DNA of 61,375 nt, filler included, from Globobulimina sp. (taxonomy: Eukaryota): the NCBI GenBank assembly GCA_003354225.1. It is 19 parts of 19 records of this genome, joined end to end, with 100 filler letters (N's around TTAATTAATTAA, not from the genome) between each part and the next. Parts side by side here need not be neighbours in the genome. Positions count along the whole stretch, not along the records: positions 22,665 to 25,801 come from PIVH01003621.1; positions 25,902 to 29,037 come from PIVH01003622.1; positions 29,138 to 32,272 come from PIVH01003623.1; positions 32,373 to 35,507 come from PIVH01003624.1; positions 35,608 to 38,741 come from PIVH01003625.1; 14 more parts are not named here. One strand, written 5' to 3'. The notes under the pieces are model-generated. The model saw only the letters and a list, made by a program, of their open reading frames with translations. It did no database searches and had not been told where the DNA came from. A program made the position numbers and the translations under genes. Of the stretch, positions 23,891-35,851 are shown in pieces (position 1 is the stretch's first letter; the number at the start of each line of letters is the position of its first letter).

Positions 23891-24720
23891 TTAAAATTTA
23901 ATGGCATGCGGTGGCTGTCCAGGTACAATGGTAAAATATGACACAAGATATGGTTTCATCAATTCTGTTTTTTCAATAATTTGCACCAATTGATTATCAA
24001 TTCCTAATTGAATTTTCTTTTTCCATTCTGGGAATTTGGCCTATTAAACAGTTTATTTTTTAATGTCCAGTGCGCAAAATCGCAAACAAATGAATTAAAA
24101 TAAAAGCAACTAAACTTTCACTTTTGGGTCTTTTGACCGTTTTGGACGTTTAAAATATGGATCTTCCACATCCTCAATGCCCTTAAAACCACTTATATCC
24201 ATTTGGGTGGATGTTATAATGACAAATCTCTGAGATACGCGACGAAGAGGAACGCCATTGATACAAAATGGACCTTTTTATTATATGTTATGTATAAATC
24301 ATTCAATAAAAACGGATCGAATCACTCCGCAATGTCCCATCATATCACATTTAATTTAATTATCTCACTCCCCCCATTTTTGGGAGCCTTTTGCTGAGTA
24401 ATTGTTAATAAAAATGTATGATGGTCCATTGTTTCGTGTGCATTTAGAAGTAACTAACCTGTCACCAATAACAATCCAGAATGTTTCAATTGCTTTAAAT
24501 AAACAACACGTCTCCCTCTATATGGTCCTGTTAATAATACAACAACACAGCCGGGAATTAATCCTTTTCGTAATTTGGTCGGATTGTTGACGCCTCTCTT
24601 AATTCTTTTCACTTGAAATGGATACCATTTATTACGTATTACTTTAGTGATTGGCCTTTTATCTTTCTTGAATTTTACTCTTCCTTTATCTGCTCGACAA
24701 CAATTTACTGGGCGTGGCAT
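23891..24720 (-). CDS. RPL6: 60S ribosomal protein L6 (eL6), three exons
   Basis: [51 protein letters not shown]; exons 24720-24459, 24273-24116, 24040-23891 with GT-AG introns. Confidence 0.92.
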
Positions 24721-24882
24721 AGTTTATTTGTTGGTTTGATTGCACCACAACTGAAACAAAAGGTAGATGCTGATTGATAGAGGATTATCACGAAAAACGA
24801 TACGTTTTTTACTTCAAGTGTTTTTTTTTTGAGTATTATCACATTAAATAAAAGGCTATAATCACAATTATCAGATAGTAAA

Positions 24883-25560
24883 TTACATTGAATTTTGTTT
24901 ATTGAACAAGGGAATCCGTCGCTGTCGACACGATTTTCTTGATTTCATTTTTTCATGAGATTCCCATCGAGATATGACATGTTTTAAGTTCTGTTCCAAT
25001 GACAATTTTGAGTCTCTCACAATATTTATATTTTCTTTATCTCTCATCATTGCACGACGAAATCGCGCAACCTCGCTAGCACTCAACCCATCATTTTCTT
25101 TGCTATCACTCAAATCAACTGATTGTGAGCGTATATGGCTTTTATCTCTCTGTCCTCCGCCCGGTGCACGGTAGTTTATGTCGAGCCAAACTCGCGAATT
25201 TCTGTGTGTATTTATTTTTGGCTGATGTGTGTTCAGTACGTTAGAGTTGAAACATTTGACTGGAATTGCACTTGTTTGCGAGTACAGTTTTCTTGTCGTT
25301 TTTGGTCGTTTAAACATTGCTTTATTCCTTCTTGATTTCGTTGCCATTTTTTTGTGCGGCTTTTCATGCAATGATAGCAAGGAAGTGGATGGGGTTAGAA
25401 ATGGTTTATTTTTCAATTGCTTATAAGTATCATTTGGATTTGGAGATAATGCATCTTTTGATAATTCCATTCTGTGTTTTCTCTTTGACTGTGCGCTCTT
25501 ACTCCTTTTTGTTTGGATGTATGTTATATTTGCATTTGTAACAAAAATAAATCTGCACAC
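24883..25560 (-). CDS. Hypothetical basic low-complexity protein, last exon
   Basis: 225-codon K/R/S-rich ORF; no domain recognised. Confidence 0.5.
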   Translation of the reverse strand: MCRFIFVTNANITYIQTKRSKSAQSKRKHRMELSKDALSPNPNDTYKQLKNKPFLTPSTSLLSLHEKPHKKMATKSRRNKAMFKRPKTTRKLYSQTSAIPVKCFNSNVLNTHQPKINTHRNSRVWLDINYRAPGGGQRDKSHIRSQSVDLSDSKENDGLSASEVARFRRAMMRDKENINIVRDSKLSLEQNLKHVISRWESHEKMKSRKSCRQRRIPLFNKQNSM

Positions 25561-26023
25561 AAATTAACTTAGTTTCTGGATATTTGGATCGGAATAAAGC
25601 TTCACTGAATGGGACAGGTTCAGCGATGTCTGTTATTGCATCGAGGTTCAGATCAAGGTCTAAGTTGATTGCTTTTTGTTTTTTGCTGAGCTGAGGAATG
25701 TTATTATTTGTTTGGCGTTTATTGGTGTCTCGAATATACAGATTTGAGTGCGAACGTTGTAATTTCTATAACAAATAAGAAGTGTATAATTATATACATT
25801 TNNNNNNNNNNNNNNNNNNNNNNNNNNNNNNNNNNNNNNNNNNNNTTAATTAATTAANNNNNNNNNNNNNNNNNNNNNNNNNNNNNNNNNNNNNNNNNNN
25901 NCAATTTTTGTACAACTAACCTCCCGTGAGGCAAAGTGTCTAACTGTGTTCCATGAAATTATTTTTCTACGGAACTGTAAACCAGTTAGGACCAAGTACA
26001 GAGGACCTAAACCAAAAGTGGCG

Positions 26024-26107
26024 GGTAAATCAGTTTGAACAATAATTTGCTATTTACAAATGTTTGTCAATTTACAGATTGCAAAATATTGTTCAAACTG
26101 GTTTACC
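26024..26107. repeat. Imperfect inverted repeat upstream of the Helitron-like ORF
   Basis: GGTAAATCAGTTTGAACAATAATTTGC (26024-26050) against the reverse complement of 26081-26107: 25 of 27 match. Confidence 0.85.
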
Positions 26108-26240
26108 ATCACTTTAGGTTTCTGTCACCACGCTTGTACAATTATAATTGTTTGCAATTTAACTAACTAACTGACTAACGGTTTCTCCATAAAAACAAAA
26201 TTAGACATTTTAAAAGTTAGCAGCAAATAATTAGAAAGAG

Positions 26241-29037
26241 ATGGAAAAAACCACTTCAAATAATAATACAACAACAACTACAACATCATCAACAACATCA
26301 TCAACTTCATCATCATCAACAACTTCATCATCATCAACAACTTCATCAACATCATCAACTTCATCAGCATCATCATCATCAGCATCATCATCATCATCAT
26401 CACCAATTAGAAAAAGAAGAATTATAAATTTTCATGATTCAGATGATTCTGATTCAAAAGAAGAAAAATGTAATATTTTACCCAAAATGGCTAGTTTATC
26501 TTTGGAACCTGCAACCAAAAAAAGAAAAATCCAGCAGAATCCTGAGAAAGATATAAAAAAAGTGAAAACACGTTCTCATAAAAGAGATTATAAAAATGTA
26601 TCAATGTTTGCAAAAAACCTTCCCTGTGAAGAACCATCAAAACCTATAAAACGTAGAAAAATGAATTCAGCACAGAATAAATGCCAATTTTGTCCTAAAA
26701 CATTTGAAACATTACGAGGATTAAGTTCACATTTACCATATCATAAAAAAGCTAAAAAAAATGTGCAACTGAGAAAAAACATATCAAAAGAAAAATATGA
26801 CAAATCCACAAAACGTAAATTATCCAAAGAAAAATATGAAAAATCTACACAACGTAAAACTTTAAAAAAACAATATTATAAAGAAAAAACTCAAGAAAAA
26901 ATGCAAAACTATAATGAACTAAATAAAGATATAACTGAAAAATTTCCATGTTTCCAATGTTCGAGATATTTTATTACGCAACGAGGTTTAAACACACATA
27001 TTGGAATGGATCATAAATGTGATCGTAACTTTGATGTTACACAAGTTGGTTCAGACTGGCCTTCATGGAAAGAAATTAAAGAATATGGCCAGGAAAATTA
27101 CAATTATATCCTTGCGGGTTATTTAAAAATGTTAGGTGGTACAAAAAATATTCAAAAAAAACACCCTAAAGATATTTGTTGGAATATTAATAAACAAAAA
27201 ATGTGTCTTGACTGGAAAAAATATATGGGATGTAATGACGGTGATATTAAAATTTGCGGCCCGTGTGGAAGAGAAATTGTTATGACAGAAGGTGAATATT
27301 CACTATTACCATTTACCCATAGATTTTTCGAATGTTGTAAAGTGAATAAAAACAATTTACCTGCACCAACTTCTGCGTTATATAAAACATTGCATTTATA
27401 TTCTTTTGATAATCAAATGTTCAAGTTAGCAGGCAGAGGAATTGAAAAAGATAAAGTTAGAGTATGCAAAACATGCTTAAAACATTTAAAAGCCTCTACA
27501 TACACCAAAAAAGCTCCTAAACATACTTTTGCACATTATGATATTGGTAAAATTCCTTCTCATTTAGAAGAATTGACTTTAGGTGAAAAATTATCAATAT
27601 CTAAAGTACTCGTTTTTGTACCTGAAATACAACTTAAACCCGAACTTGGCCTAAAAAATATTGCAGTGAAAGGTCATTGTTTATCTTTGAAGATTTTAGA
27701 TGAAAATTTAGCAGATAAATTGAATGATAAAATAAAAGTAAACTTACCACGAACTGATTTAGCTGATATTATTCATCTTAATTTATGTGGTACTGCTGAA
27801 ATGTGGCCTATGGTTAAACAAATTTATAAACAAGGTGATTTAAGAATTGATATAAAAAAAATTATGCCATGGTTGCAATGGTTAAAACGAGTTAATCCTC
27901 AATTTAAAAATGTTCGTGTTCCTGTAACTACTAAAGAAGAAAAAGTAGCGGAATCAATGATAAATAATTCAATTGATAATATATTTAAAAAAGCTTTTTA
28001 TACAACGAGTGGAAAAATTAGTACAATGTTATCACATATACGTGCTGAAATTGAAGATAAAAACGAAGGATTGAATGATAATGTTGATTCTGAAACTTGT
28101 ATAATTAGAAATAGTATGATTACAGCTGAAACACAAACAGGAGAACCATTGCAAAGTGTTCTTACACAAATAAATAAAACAATTACTGCAGATAATAATA
28201 ATAATTATATGGAGGAAAAAAAAGAAGAACTTGCACAACAAAACAAAAATACAATCACACAAACTGTGGTAAATGAATTAGTATCTGAATATACCTTAAA
28301 TCATAAAATATTGTCAGCTGCATTTCCGTGGATTTTTCCTTTGGGTTTAACAGAAAATGTAATGGGTGTTGGGACAGTTCCGGAAATATTACAACAAAAT
28401 TGGATGTTATTTTATGATAAACGTTGTGCTAAAGAATTACATTTATTATTTTTATTATTTGATCAATTCAAACGACATAAAAATAATTCAGCTGTTGCGT
28501 TTAGAATAAAACAAGGAGAAGAGAGAGAAGATAAGTTCATTGAAATAGTTAATGAAGAGAATTTTTTACAAAATCTTCAACAAGCAATAAATCAACCAAA
28601 ATCTGAAATAGCTAAACGACTTAAAAAAGATATTGAACCTTTGGTAAAAATGGTTTCACGAACAATTCCTTGGACAGTATTTGAACGAGCTGATGTTTTA
28701 GGAAAAATATATTCATTAACACATTCTTTTGGTATTCCTTCTCATTTTGTAACAATTTCTCCAAACATGCGAAATAATATTTTAGCATTAGATATGACTT
28801 TAACAGATCATACAACAAATATTATTGAAAATCTCCCTACCATTACTGTACGAACGAGGATGATAATTAATAATCCGATCGCAGCTACATATGTATTTTA
28901 TCGCGCGATTGAAAAATTTTTTGAAATAATTGTAAAGTTACCGGTTAATACTTTTACAGAAAAACAAATGCGATATGATGATTTAATTCAACAAGAATAT
29001 ACGAACGAATGTGGTGCATTTGGTTCAGTTAGTGCTC
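26241..29037 (+). mobile_element. Helitron-like Rep/helicase ORF, N-terminal part
   Basis: Two C2H2 fingers, CxxC..CxxC, LTLGEKLSISK..KGH and LQWLKRVNP (DUF6570-like), AFPWIFPLG, FGIPSHFVTISPN (Rep motif I-like), NPIAAT, GAFGSVSA; the contig ends just before the expected HUH motif. Confidence 0.82.
26266..26402 (+). repeat. (TCA/ACA)n trinucleotide tract encoding poly-Thr/Ser
   Basis: Seen directly in the sequence. Confidence 0.9.
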
Positions 29038-29142
29038 NNNNNNNNNNNNNNNNNNNNNNNNNNNNNNNNNNNNNNNNNNNNTTAATTAATTAANNNNNNN
29101 NNNNNNNNNNNNNNNNNNNNNNNNNNNNNNNNNNNNNATAAT

Positions 29143-31029
29143 ATGTATCATATTATATTATACATAAAATTGTTGTTTTATTTAATTTATTTAACTTACC
29201 TTTTAAATGACTTTTTAATATCAGAAATCGACACTGATATTGCGTCAAAAGTAAAAAATCTGCAAAAATTACACTCTGAAGGATTTAAAAAGCAGTGCAG
29301 TTTCAATATAAAAGCCTTCAGAAAGTATTTAAACACAAAAAAAAATGGAAACTTAGAAATACATTTTATCGAAAATGGCTTTCCTTTATGGAAGTCATTT
29401 CATAACAAAGGGTGGGAACCCTCTGACCTCTCAACAGAAGTCCATAACATAGTAAATTCCAAAGAAGATGTCATTGCATACATTGACAAATTGTCCGAAG
29501 AATGCGAAAACGGACAGATAGAGCCAATTAATTATAATCCCAAATATGTATTAATGATCTTCGGCACTCCTAAAAAAGATCAGTTTGGTCTGTATACAAA
29601 AATTAGAGTCATAAGAAATGGCTCCTTCAAAAGCAGAGGGAAAGCCTCCATAAATGAATATATTCGCAAAGAAAAATGTGGAATGCGTGATTTACCGAAT
29701 TTGAAAATATATACAAAATTACTGATCAATCACAATTATATTTCCTTAAGAGATTTATCTGACTTTTTCAGACAAATTAAATTACCTGAAAGTGATGCGG
29801 ACTTTGTGGGATATTCCATATTTGGGCTACGATTTAGGGATCGCAGTCAGCCATATGGTGTCTCCTCAGCCCCTGGAAACTCCCAATATTTCTCAACGAT
29901 CTTAGTATGGATCCTAAATAACTGTGTTTTGAATGGAAAGCAGCAACGTTTAATTAATTCCATCTTAGTCCACATCGACGACTTTGTTATTGCAGCAAAA
30001 ACGAAATCTGACTGCATATTATTAACAAAATTATTTGATGACTTATTACATGAGTTAAAAGTCAAAGTATCACACAAAAAATCAATAGATTGTGTAAGAA
30101 AGGCGAAATTGCATGGAATTTATTGGAATTTGCAAAACAAAACACTTGCGATACCTGAAAAAGCATTAAATGAGTTAAAATATTTTATGAAATTAGTTAT
30201 TAAATATCGTATAGCCACAGGGCGAGCCCTCGAGTCCTTAACAGGTAAAATAATGCATTGGAGCCAATTAAATCGAGCTACCAAAGCCTTAGCATATCGA
30301 TCATTGGCCTATATACATAAAAATGTGCGAAATGGCCGTATTAATAAATTGCGATGGATAATATTGCCATTATCAGTCATCAATGACTTACGATTCTGGC
30401 TTAAATACGTTGATAATATCAAAATTGTATCGATGTATACAATTTTAAACAATCCATCAATAAATGTATACGCAGCTACGGATGCATGCGATTTTGGAGC
30501 CGGTTATGTCGTTGACTCAGTATTTGCGAAATATAAATTCAATAAAAATGATATGAATTTATCCATAAATCAAAAGGAAGCCCATTGCGTATTAACATTA
30601 ATCGAGACACATAAACATATTTTAACAGGAAAATCAGTTCATTTATACATTGATAATTCCACATGTTATTATACAATGGTTCGCAAATGGGCTCCTTCGT
30701 ATAATTTAATGATTTTTGTATTTGAAATGTGTTTATTAATGATAAAATATAAAATTTTCATAAGATTTGAATGGATTCCATCATCATTCAATTATTTAGC
30801 CGACAGATTGTCGAGATTTCAGATGACTGACTTTAATAAATTATGCACGACATTTAATTTAAAATTAAATGAAACAACGCCAGAATATTTTGGTCGTTAT
30901 CAGTTCTTAAAAAATAAGGCAATGCATTATGAGAATGATATGATTGAATATAATAATTTCATAAATTGGCTCAAAAAGCCCCTAAATATCAGAGCTATTT
31001 CGCCATATAAACATTACATGAAAATTTAA
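29143..31029 (+). mobile_element. DIRS-like reverse transcriptase-RNase H ORF
   Basis: DLSDFFRQI, PYGVSSAPG, VHIDDF; RNase H motifs ATDACDFGAG, SINQKEA, YIDNS, WIPSSFNYLADRLSR, typical of YR retrotransposons. Confidence 0.9.
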
Positions 31030-31373
31030 TCAATTTAATCATCGAAAATCACCGTTAAATCATACTGAATTCCATTTTATTCATTGTTTTGACTAAAATT
31101 CAAATTTTCAGTGTCCATATTCTCGAATTATAAAATTTGTTTACTTAAAATCCATTATCTTTCAAGTCGTTTTTAGCACATTTAATTGGTATCATATTGC
31201 AGTGCTCGGTTGTTGTGAATAACAAAATGTTTTATTCTTCGCGTTGTTGCCTGAAACTCCCTAAAGTTTCAGTTCTCATTCGCTATATTTCTGTATTTAA
31301 CAATTCCATTGCATATTATTTCAATTCTATGAATCAATATTTTTATATATAAAATCCAGTGATTATGAGTTGA

Positions 31374-31403
31374 GACATGACATTTTGTACAAAATGTCAT
31401 GTC
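31374..31403. repeat. Perfect 30-bp palindrome
   Basis: GACATGACATTTTGT|ACAAAATGTCATGTC. Confidence 0.95.
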
Positions 31404-31863
31404 CATGTAGCTGCATATACAAAATATGTTTAATAATTGTTTAAATTGAATTAATTGCTTTCAAAATTATGTAATAAATTCCATGTCGATTGCTTTTAAA
31501 TGGGATCCATTTAATTGTAAATTCTCTTCAAAATCATCTGACTTCCACGCGAGTTGGATGATATTCCATTGTATCCAATGTGGATACTCAAATAGTTTAT
31601 GCGTCTCGACTAAACTGCGTAGTTTCCCTTCTTTATTGAAGTGACTGACTAAGTAAAGTTTTTGTCGTTTATCTTTAAAACCTGTCTAAAAAACTGGTTG
31701 TACTTTAACGAAACCTAAAAAGCCTTTAGTTTTTACAATATATTATTGTCATTGGCTAATCGTGTAAGGCGTTACTGTCACGTACATTTTTCTAATAATA
31801 ATCTGCCAATCAATTAATAAAATATTAAAACTAAAAATTGCCATAATATATGTTATAGAATTT

Positions 31864-32272
31864 ATGCGCGTCAGATTATCAAACAATAGAATAGCACCAA
31901 AGGATCCAAAAAATACAAATCATATCGTAAAAATCCGAACAATCAAAAAATGCACGTTAACAAAAACGCATTACGTATCTAATATGCGCAATTGGGCCAA
32001 ATATTGCGTACTTATTGACGAAGATCCTTTGGCTATGCCAATGGACCCATTATTAGTAACATACTGGTTCTCCGAAAGATCACTCCAATTAGGAAGTGTT
32101 GCTTCGATAAATATGTGGCAATCGACCTTAATCTGGCTATGTGATCTGAAAAAAGGCAGTATTGACTGGGTCAAAAATAGAGATTTTTCAAATTTTAAAG
32201 ACGGACTGAAAAAAGAATACGGCACAGAAACAGATAGCAGATTACCATATAAATTAAAACATATTATTAATT
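31864..32272 (+). mobile_element. Probable tyrosine recombinase N-terminal (core-binding) region, 3' partial
   Basis: TKTHYVSNMRNWAKYC..SVASINMWQSTLIWLC..FKDGLKK..RLPY resembles the N-terminal domain of DIRS recombinases and lies downstream of RT-RNaseH; catalytic residues fall beyond the contig end. Confidence 0.65.
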
Positions 32273-32372
32273 NNNNNNNNNNNNNNNNNNNNNNNNNNNN
32301 NNNNNNNNNNNNNNNNTTAATTAATTAANNNNNNNNNNNNNNNNNNNNNNNNNNNNNNNNNNNNNNNNNNNN

Positions 32373-35252
32373 AAATCCTTTCTGATCAAAAGTGATGGAA
32401 TCAATGGTTTTTATATATTTTGCGGATGCAAACCATTTCCATAAAATACTGTGTTGTTGTTCCTGCGGCGCCATTTTTTGTGTTTGTTTTAATGTCTCTT
32501 TCTCAGCGTATTTGATGTCCTTTTCCTGATTTATTGACTTGAGCTGCTTCATAAATCTGACTTTTTTTATATGCATGGCATTATTATCATGAGTTCTCAA
32601 CAATTTTGAGAAAGCTTTTGCGTTGGTTCTCATTGTGATGGATTCAAATGTATTAAACCCATTAAAATTACATCTTTCCATTGTTGATATTGTTTTGATT
32701 TTATGTCCAATGATTCTGACTATGTTATTATACACATTCCGTAACGGATTTAGATTCTTACATATATTCATATAAACCGGTCCCGTGTAATTAAGAAGGG
32801 AGATTGCCATGCTTTCAATAAAATATTTAATGACTCCCATTGATAAATGATATTTATTATGTTTTAATAATTTGTAACATTTATTTTTTACCGTATGAAA
32901 TCCACCAATTATTTTCTTTATATGCGGGTCGAAAGTCCATTGTTTATCATATATCTCACCCAATATCGTGATTTGTGATGATTTTGGGTGGAGTTTATTA
33001 TGTATATAGAACTCAGTGTTTCTGTATATGTCCATGTAATCAATTAATTGTTTATCAATTCGTTGAACCAAATTATAATATTCATTTAATTCATTTTCGT
33101 CCATTAATATTACGACATTGATTTTCTTATCATTTTTTTTTATTTGCCTGACAGCCCAAACATCCAAATCCACACCAAATTGTATAACATTTTCATATAC
33201 ATTCTCACCGTACCAATGAATAAATTTCTCTCTCCACGCTTCCCTCTCAAATGTAAGCATTTGCTTCTCAATCATATGACAGTTAAAGTCATATAATACC
33301 TCTTTGTATGAATCCATTTGCGATTTTAATGATTTTAATTTTTGGTAATATCTATCTTCAAATGTAATTATGTGCGATTTGGATTTGTTTGTTGGGATAT
33401 TGTTGGTATTGAGGTATTTTTGGATGAAGTTGATTGCATTTTGAAATTTCGCAGCTATTTTCATTAATGTTTTTGTATATAATTTGTTGGTTTGCAATTC
33501 CAGAAATTGTAATAATTTGAGTTTTGAGTGCTTGATGTTAATAAAATGCTGATTATAATTAGATTTGCATATATTTGGATTTATATTGATTTTCGTATAT
33601 ATGCTTAAATCATCCATTAATACCTTTGGCTGTATGCATGCCAACATTATTCCATTATTAATTATTTTATATTGTGTTTCCAAATGCAGTGCCAATGGAT
33701 TTGTATACAAACACCACATTAAACCTGCCGGCTTAAAACCTTGTCCGTACTTCGAGTTTTTCGGTTTTATTTCCTCAGACCAGGTGTCATTGTACTTGCA
33801 TCTGGACGTCAGCTCATATGTTAATGAGTCCATCATTAACATTGCATTTTCATCTAAACCACAATGATGAATCAATTTATCTCGAATTATATCCGGGTCC
33901 ATTGAATTATAGGCATCTGAGCAGTCATTCGATAGAAAATGCACAGGTACATAATTCTCAATCATTTCATTTATGTCATCTGACATATCAATAATACAAT
34001 CCTCAGAACCACATCCTTTGGTCGCTGAGAATTGATGAATGGATAATATCCGAAAATGATAAATATATTTCTCAAATCGATTTTGTATCATTGATATATA
34101 GACTTTTGTCAAAGAATAGCCCCATTCAATTGGGCGTAAGTTGCCTATTAATCCATTATTGTTCAATTTTTTCATAACAGGAACCATCATTTTTGCATTT
34201 AATTTATTAGTAACAATTCCATTATCCTTCCAATAGTCAAATATTATCAATAACCAATCACATAGATATTCAATCGCATATTTTATAAATAAAATGTGTA
34301 TGTCACCATAGTACGCCTTGTTATTTTTGCATTGTTTCAACGAATATAACAATTCTGATTTCGTCCATGGCTCTGTTAAATCTATCAATGCCTGCTGCCA
34401 TTCTGCTATTTTCTGTTTCTGTTCAACCGTTAAGATGTTTTTGTGTCTATTTTTATGCCTAATATATGGTTGAAAGTCATAGGGAGCATCAAAAAAACGT
34501 GCTTTTTCCCGTGATTTTCCAATATTTATATCATATTTAGGATTGTCTGCCATTCCTAATGTGTTCATATAATTTGCTATTACATCCGCCGATTCTTTGT
34601 CATTATGCGTATAGTGTTTGGCCTGTAATCTATTTTTTAATTTTTCTGGTATTTTTTTAATGGCATATTGCGGTTTAATTAATCGAGGGAGTGATATTCT
34701 GCCGTTGATATCTTCTAATTTTATTATTGTTTCATACCATATTTTGTCCCTATTTTTTTGTATAGTTTTCCTTGCCAATTTATTTTTGCTTTCTCTCCTC
34801 GCTTTTTGTATTGTTAATTTTTTCTCCCGATCCAATTTTTTTACACTTAGCCATTGATTGTATCTTCTTTGACCAATTTTATTTATAATCTCATTATGTG
34901 GGAATTCTTTTGATGTTTTATTTTTATTTTCATCCCTTTCAAACCATTTTTGTTTTAATTTTCTGACTGCATTTAATATGGATTTAAATCTCTTTTTTAT
35001 GCAATGTACTTTTTTAATGAGTTTCTTTATTGGTTTGGTGATATAATGTTTATGGTCAGTTCGAATTGTAATTTGTCCAAAGAAATGTTTAGCAGAATTT
35101 ATTATTATTTTTTGTATATGGGAACAAAGTGTATCAATATAAATGTATAAATCAGATTGGATTAAATGGAATTTTATGGCAGTAACATCTTTGAAAATAT
35201 TCACCTTATATTTAATGTCTTCAATATAATTATTTATATTCTCAGTGTTCAT
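32373..35252 (-). mobile_element. Divergent non-LTR retrotransposon reverse transcriptase ORF, 3' partial
   Basis: NLRPI..LTKV, HQFSATKGCGSED, DCSDAYNSM, YGQG..AGLMWCLY, VLMDD, NKSKS, ILGEIYDKQWTFDPHI, in the canonical order. Confidence 0.85.
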
Positions 35253-35373
35253 GTTATCAATGTGGGAAAAAATGTGAGAAACAAATTTTTTTTTCTATAG
35301 TGCGGGTGACTCGAGTACGTTCAAGTCCGTTAGCATACCTTATGTATGATCATATGTATGATCACATGGACTT

Positions 35374-35424
35374 GCACTCAGGCTGAACTGCACTCAGGCT
35401 GAACCGCACTCAGGCTGAACCGCA
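35374..35424. repeat. 16-bp tandem repeat, about 3 copies
   Basis: GCACTCAGGCTGAAC(T/C) x3; a 12-bp duplication (TATGTATGATCA x2) lies at 35341-35364. Confidence 0.92.
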
Positions 35425-35631
35425 TTTCCCATAAGTCTATTTCATCTTAGTGAAAACATAAATCTATCGAAAAAAATAAATTTTTATAAACTATTTTTTG
35501 ACTTTTTNNNNNNNNNNNNNNNNNNNNNNNNNNNNNNNNNNNNNNNNNNNNTTAATTAATTAANNNNNNNNNNNNNNNNNNNNNNNNNNNNNNNNNNNNN
35601 NNNNNNNTTATTGTTTCTGAGAAACGAAGGC

Positions 35632-35726
35632 AAACCTATATTATTTTTACCTTTATCAGTCACCAGAAACGGTTTGCTTATACCTTACCCCAATAAAAAT
35701 CTGACGCTGAAGACCGGATGCTCTTA
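35632..35726 (+). repeat. Dispersed repeat, copy A
   Basis: Near-identical to 55010-55099; partial reverse-strand copy at 50956-50994. Confidence 0.9.
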
Positions 35727-35851
35727 GTCGAAAATATGCAACTATTTAGTGACTATTTCAATACAAAAACGGAAAATTGTAACTATTTAGGCAACTATTT
35801 AGGCGACTATTTAACTTGTGTAGGCTCCAAAAAAATCTCAAATTTTTGAAA

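Noticed and set aside
24274..24458. Intronic box C/D snoRNA in RPL6
   Set aside because: Only a partial C-box-like ATGATG; no convincing D box or terminal stem.
35374..35424. CRISPR-like or telomeric repeat
   Set aside because: Three abutting 16-mers with no spacers, no cas genes and no telomere-type unit.
25902..35507. Apparent cluster of Helitron, YR retroelement and non-LTR RT as one composite system
   Set aside because: They lie on three separate contigs ordered only by length.
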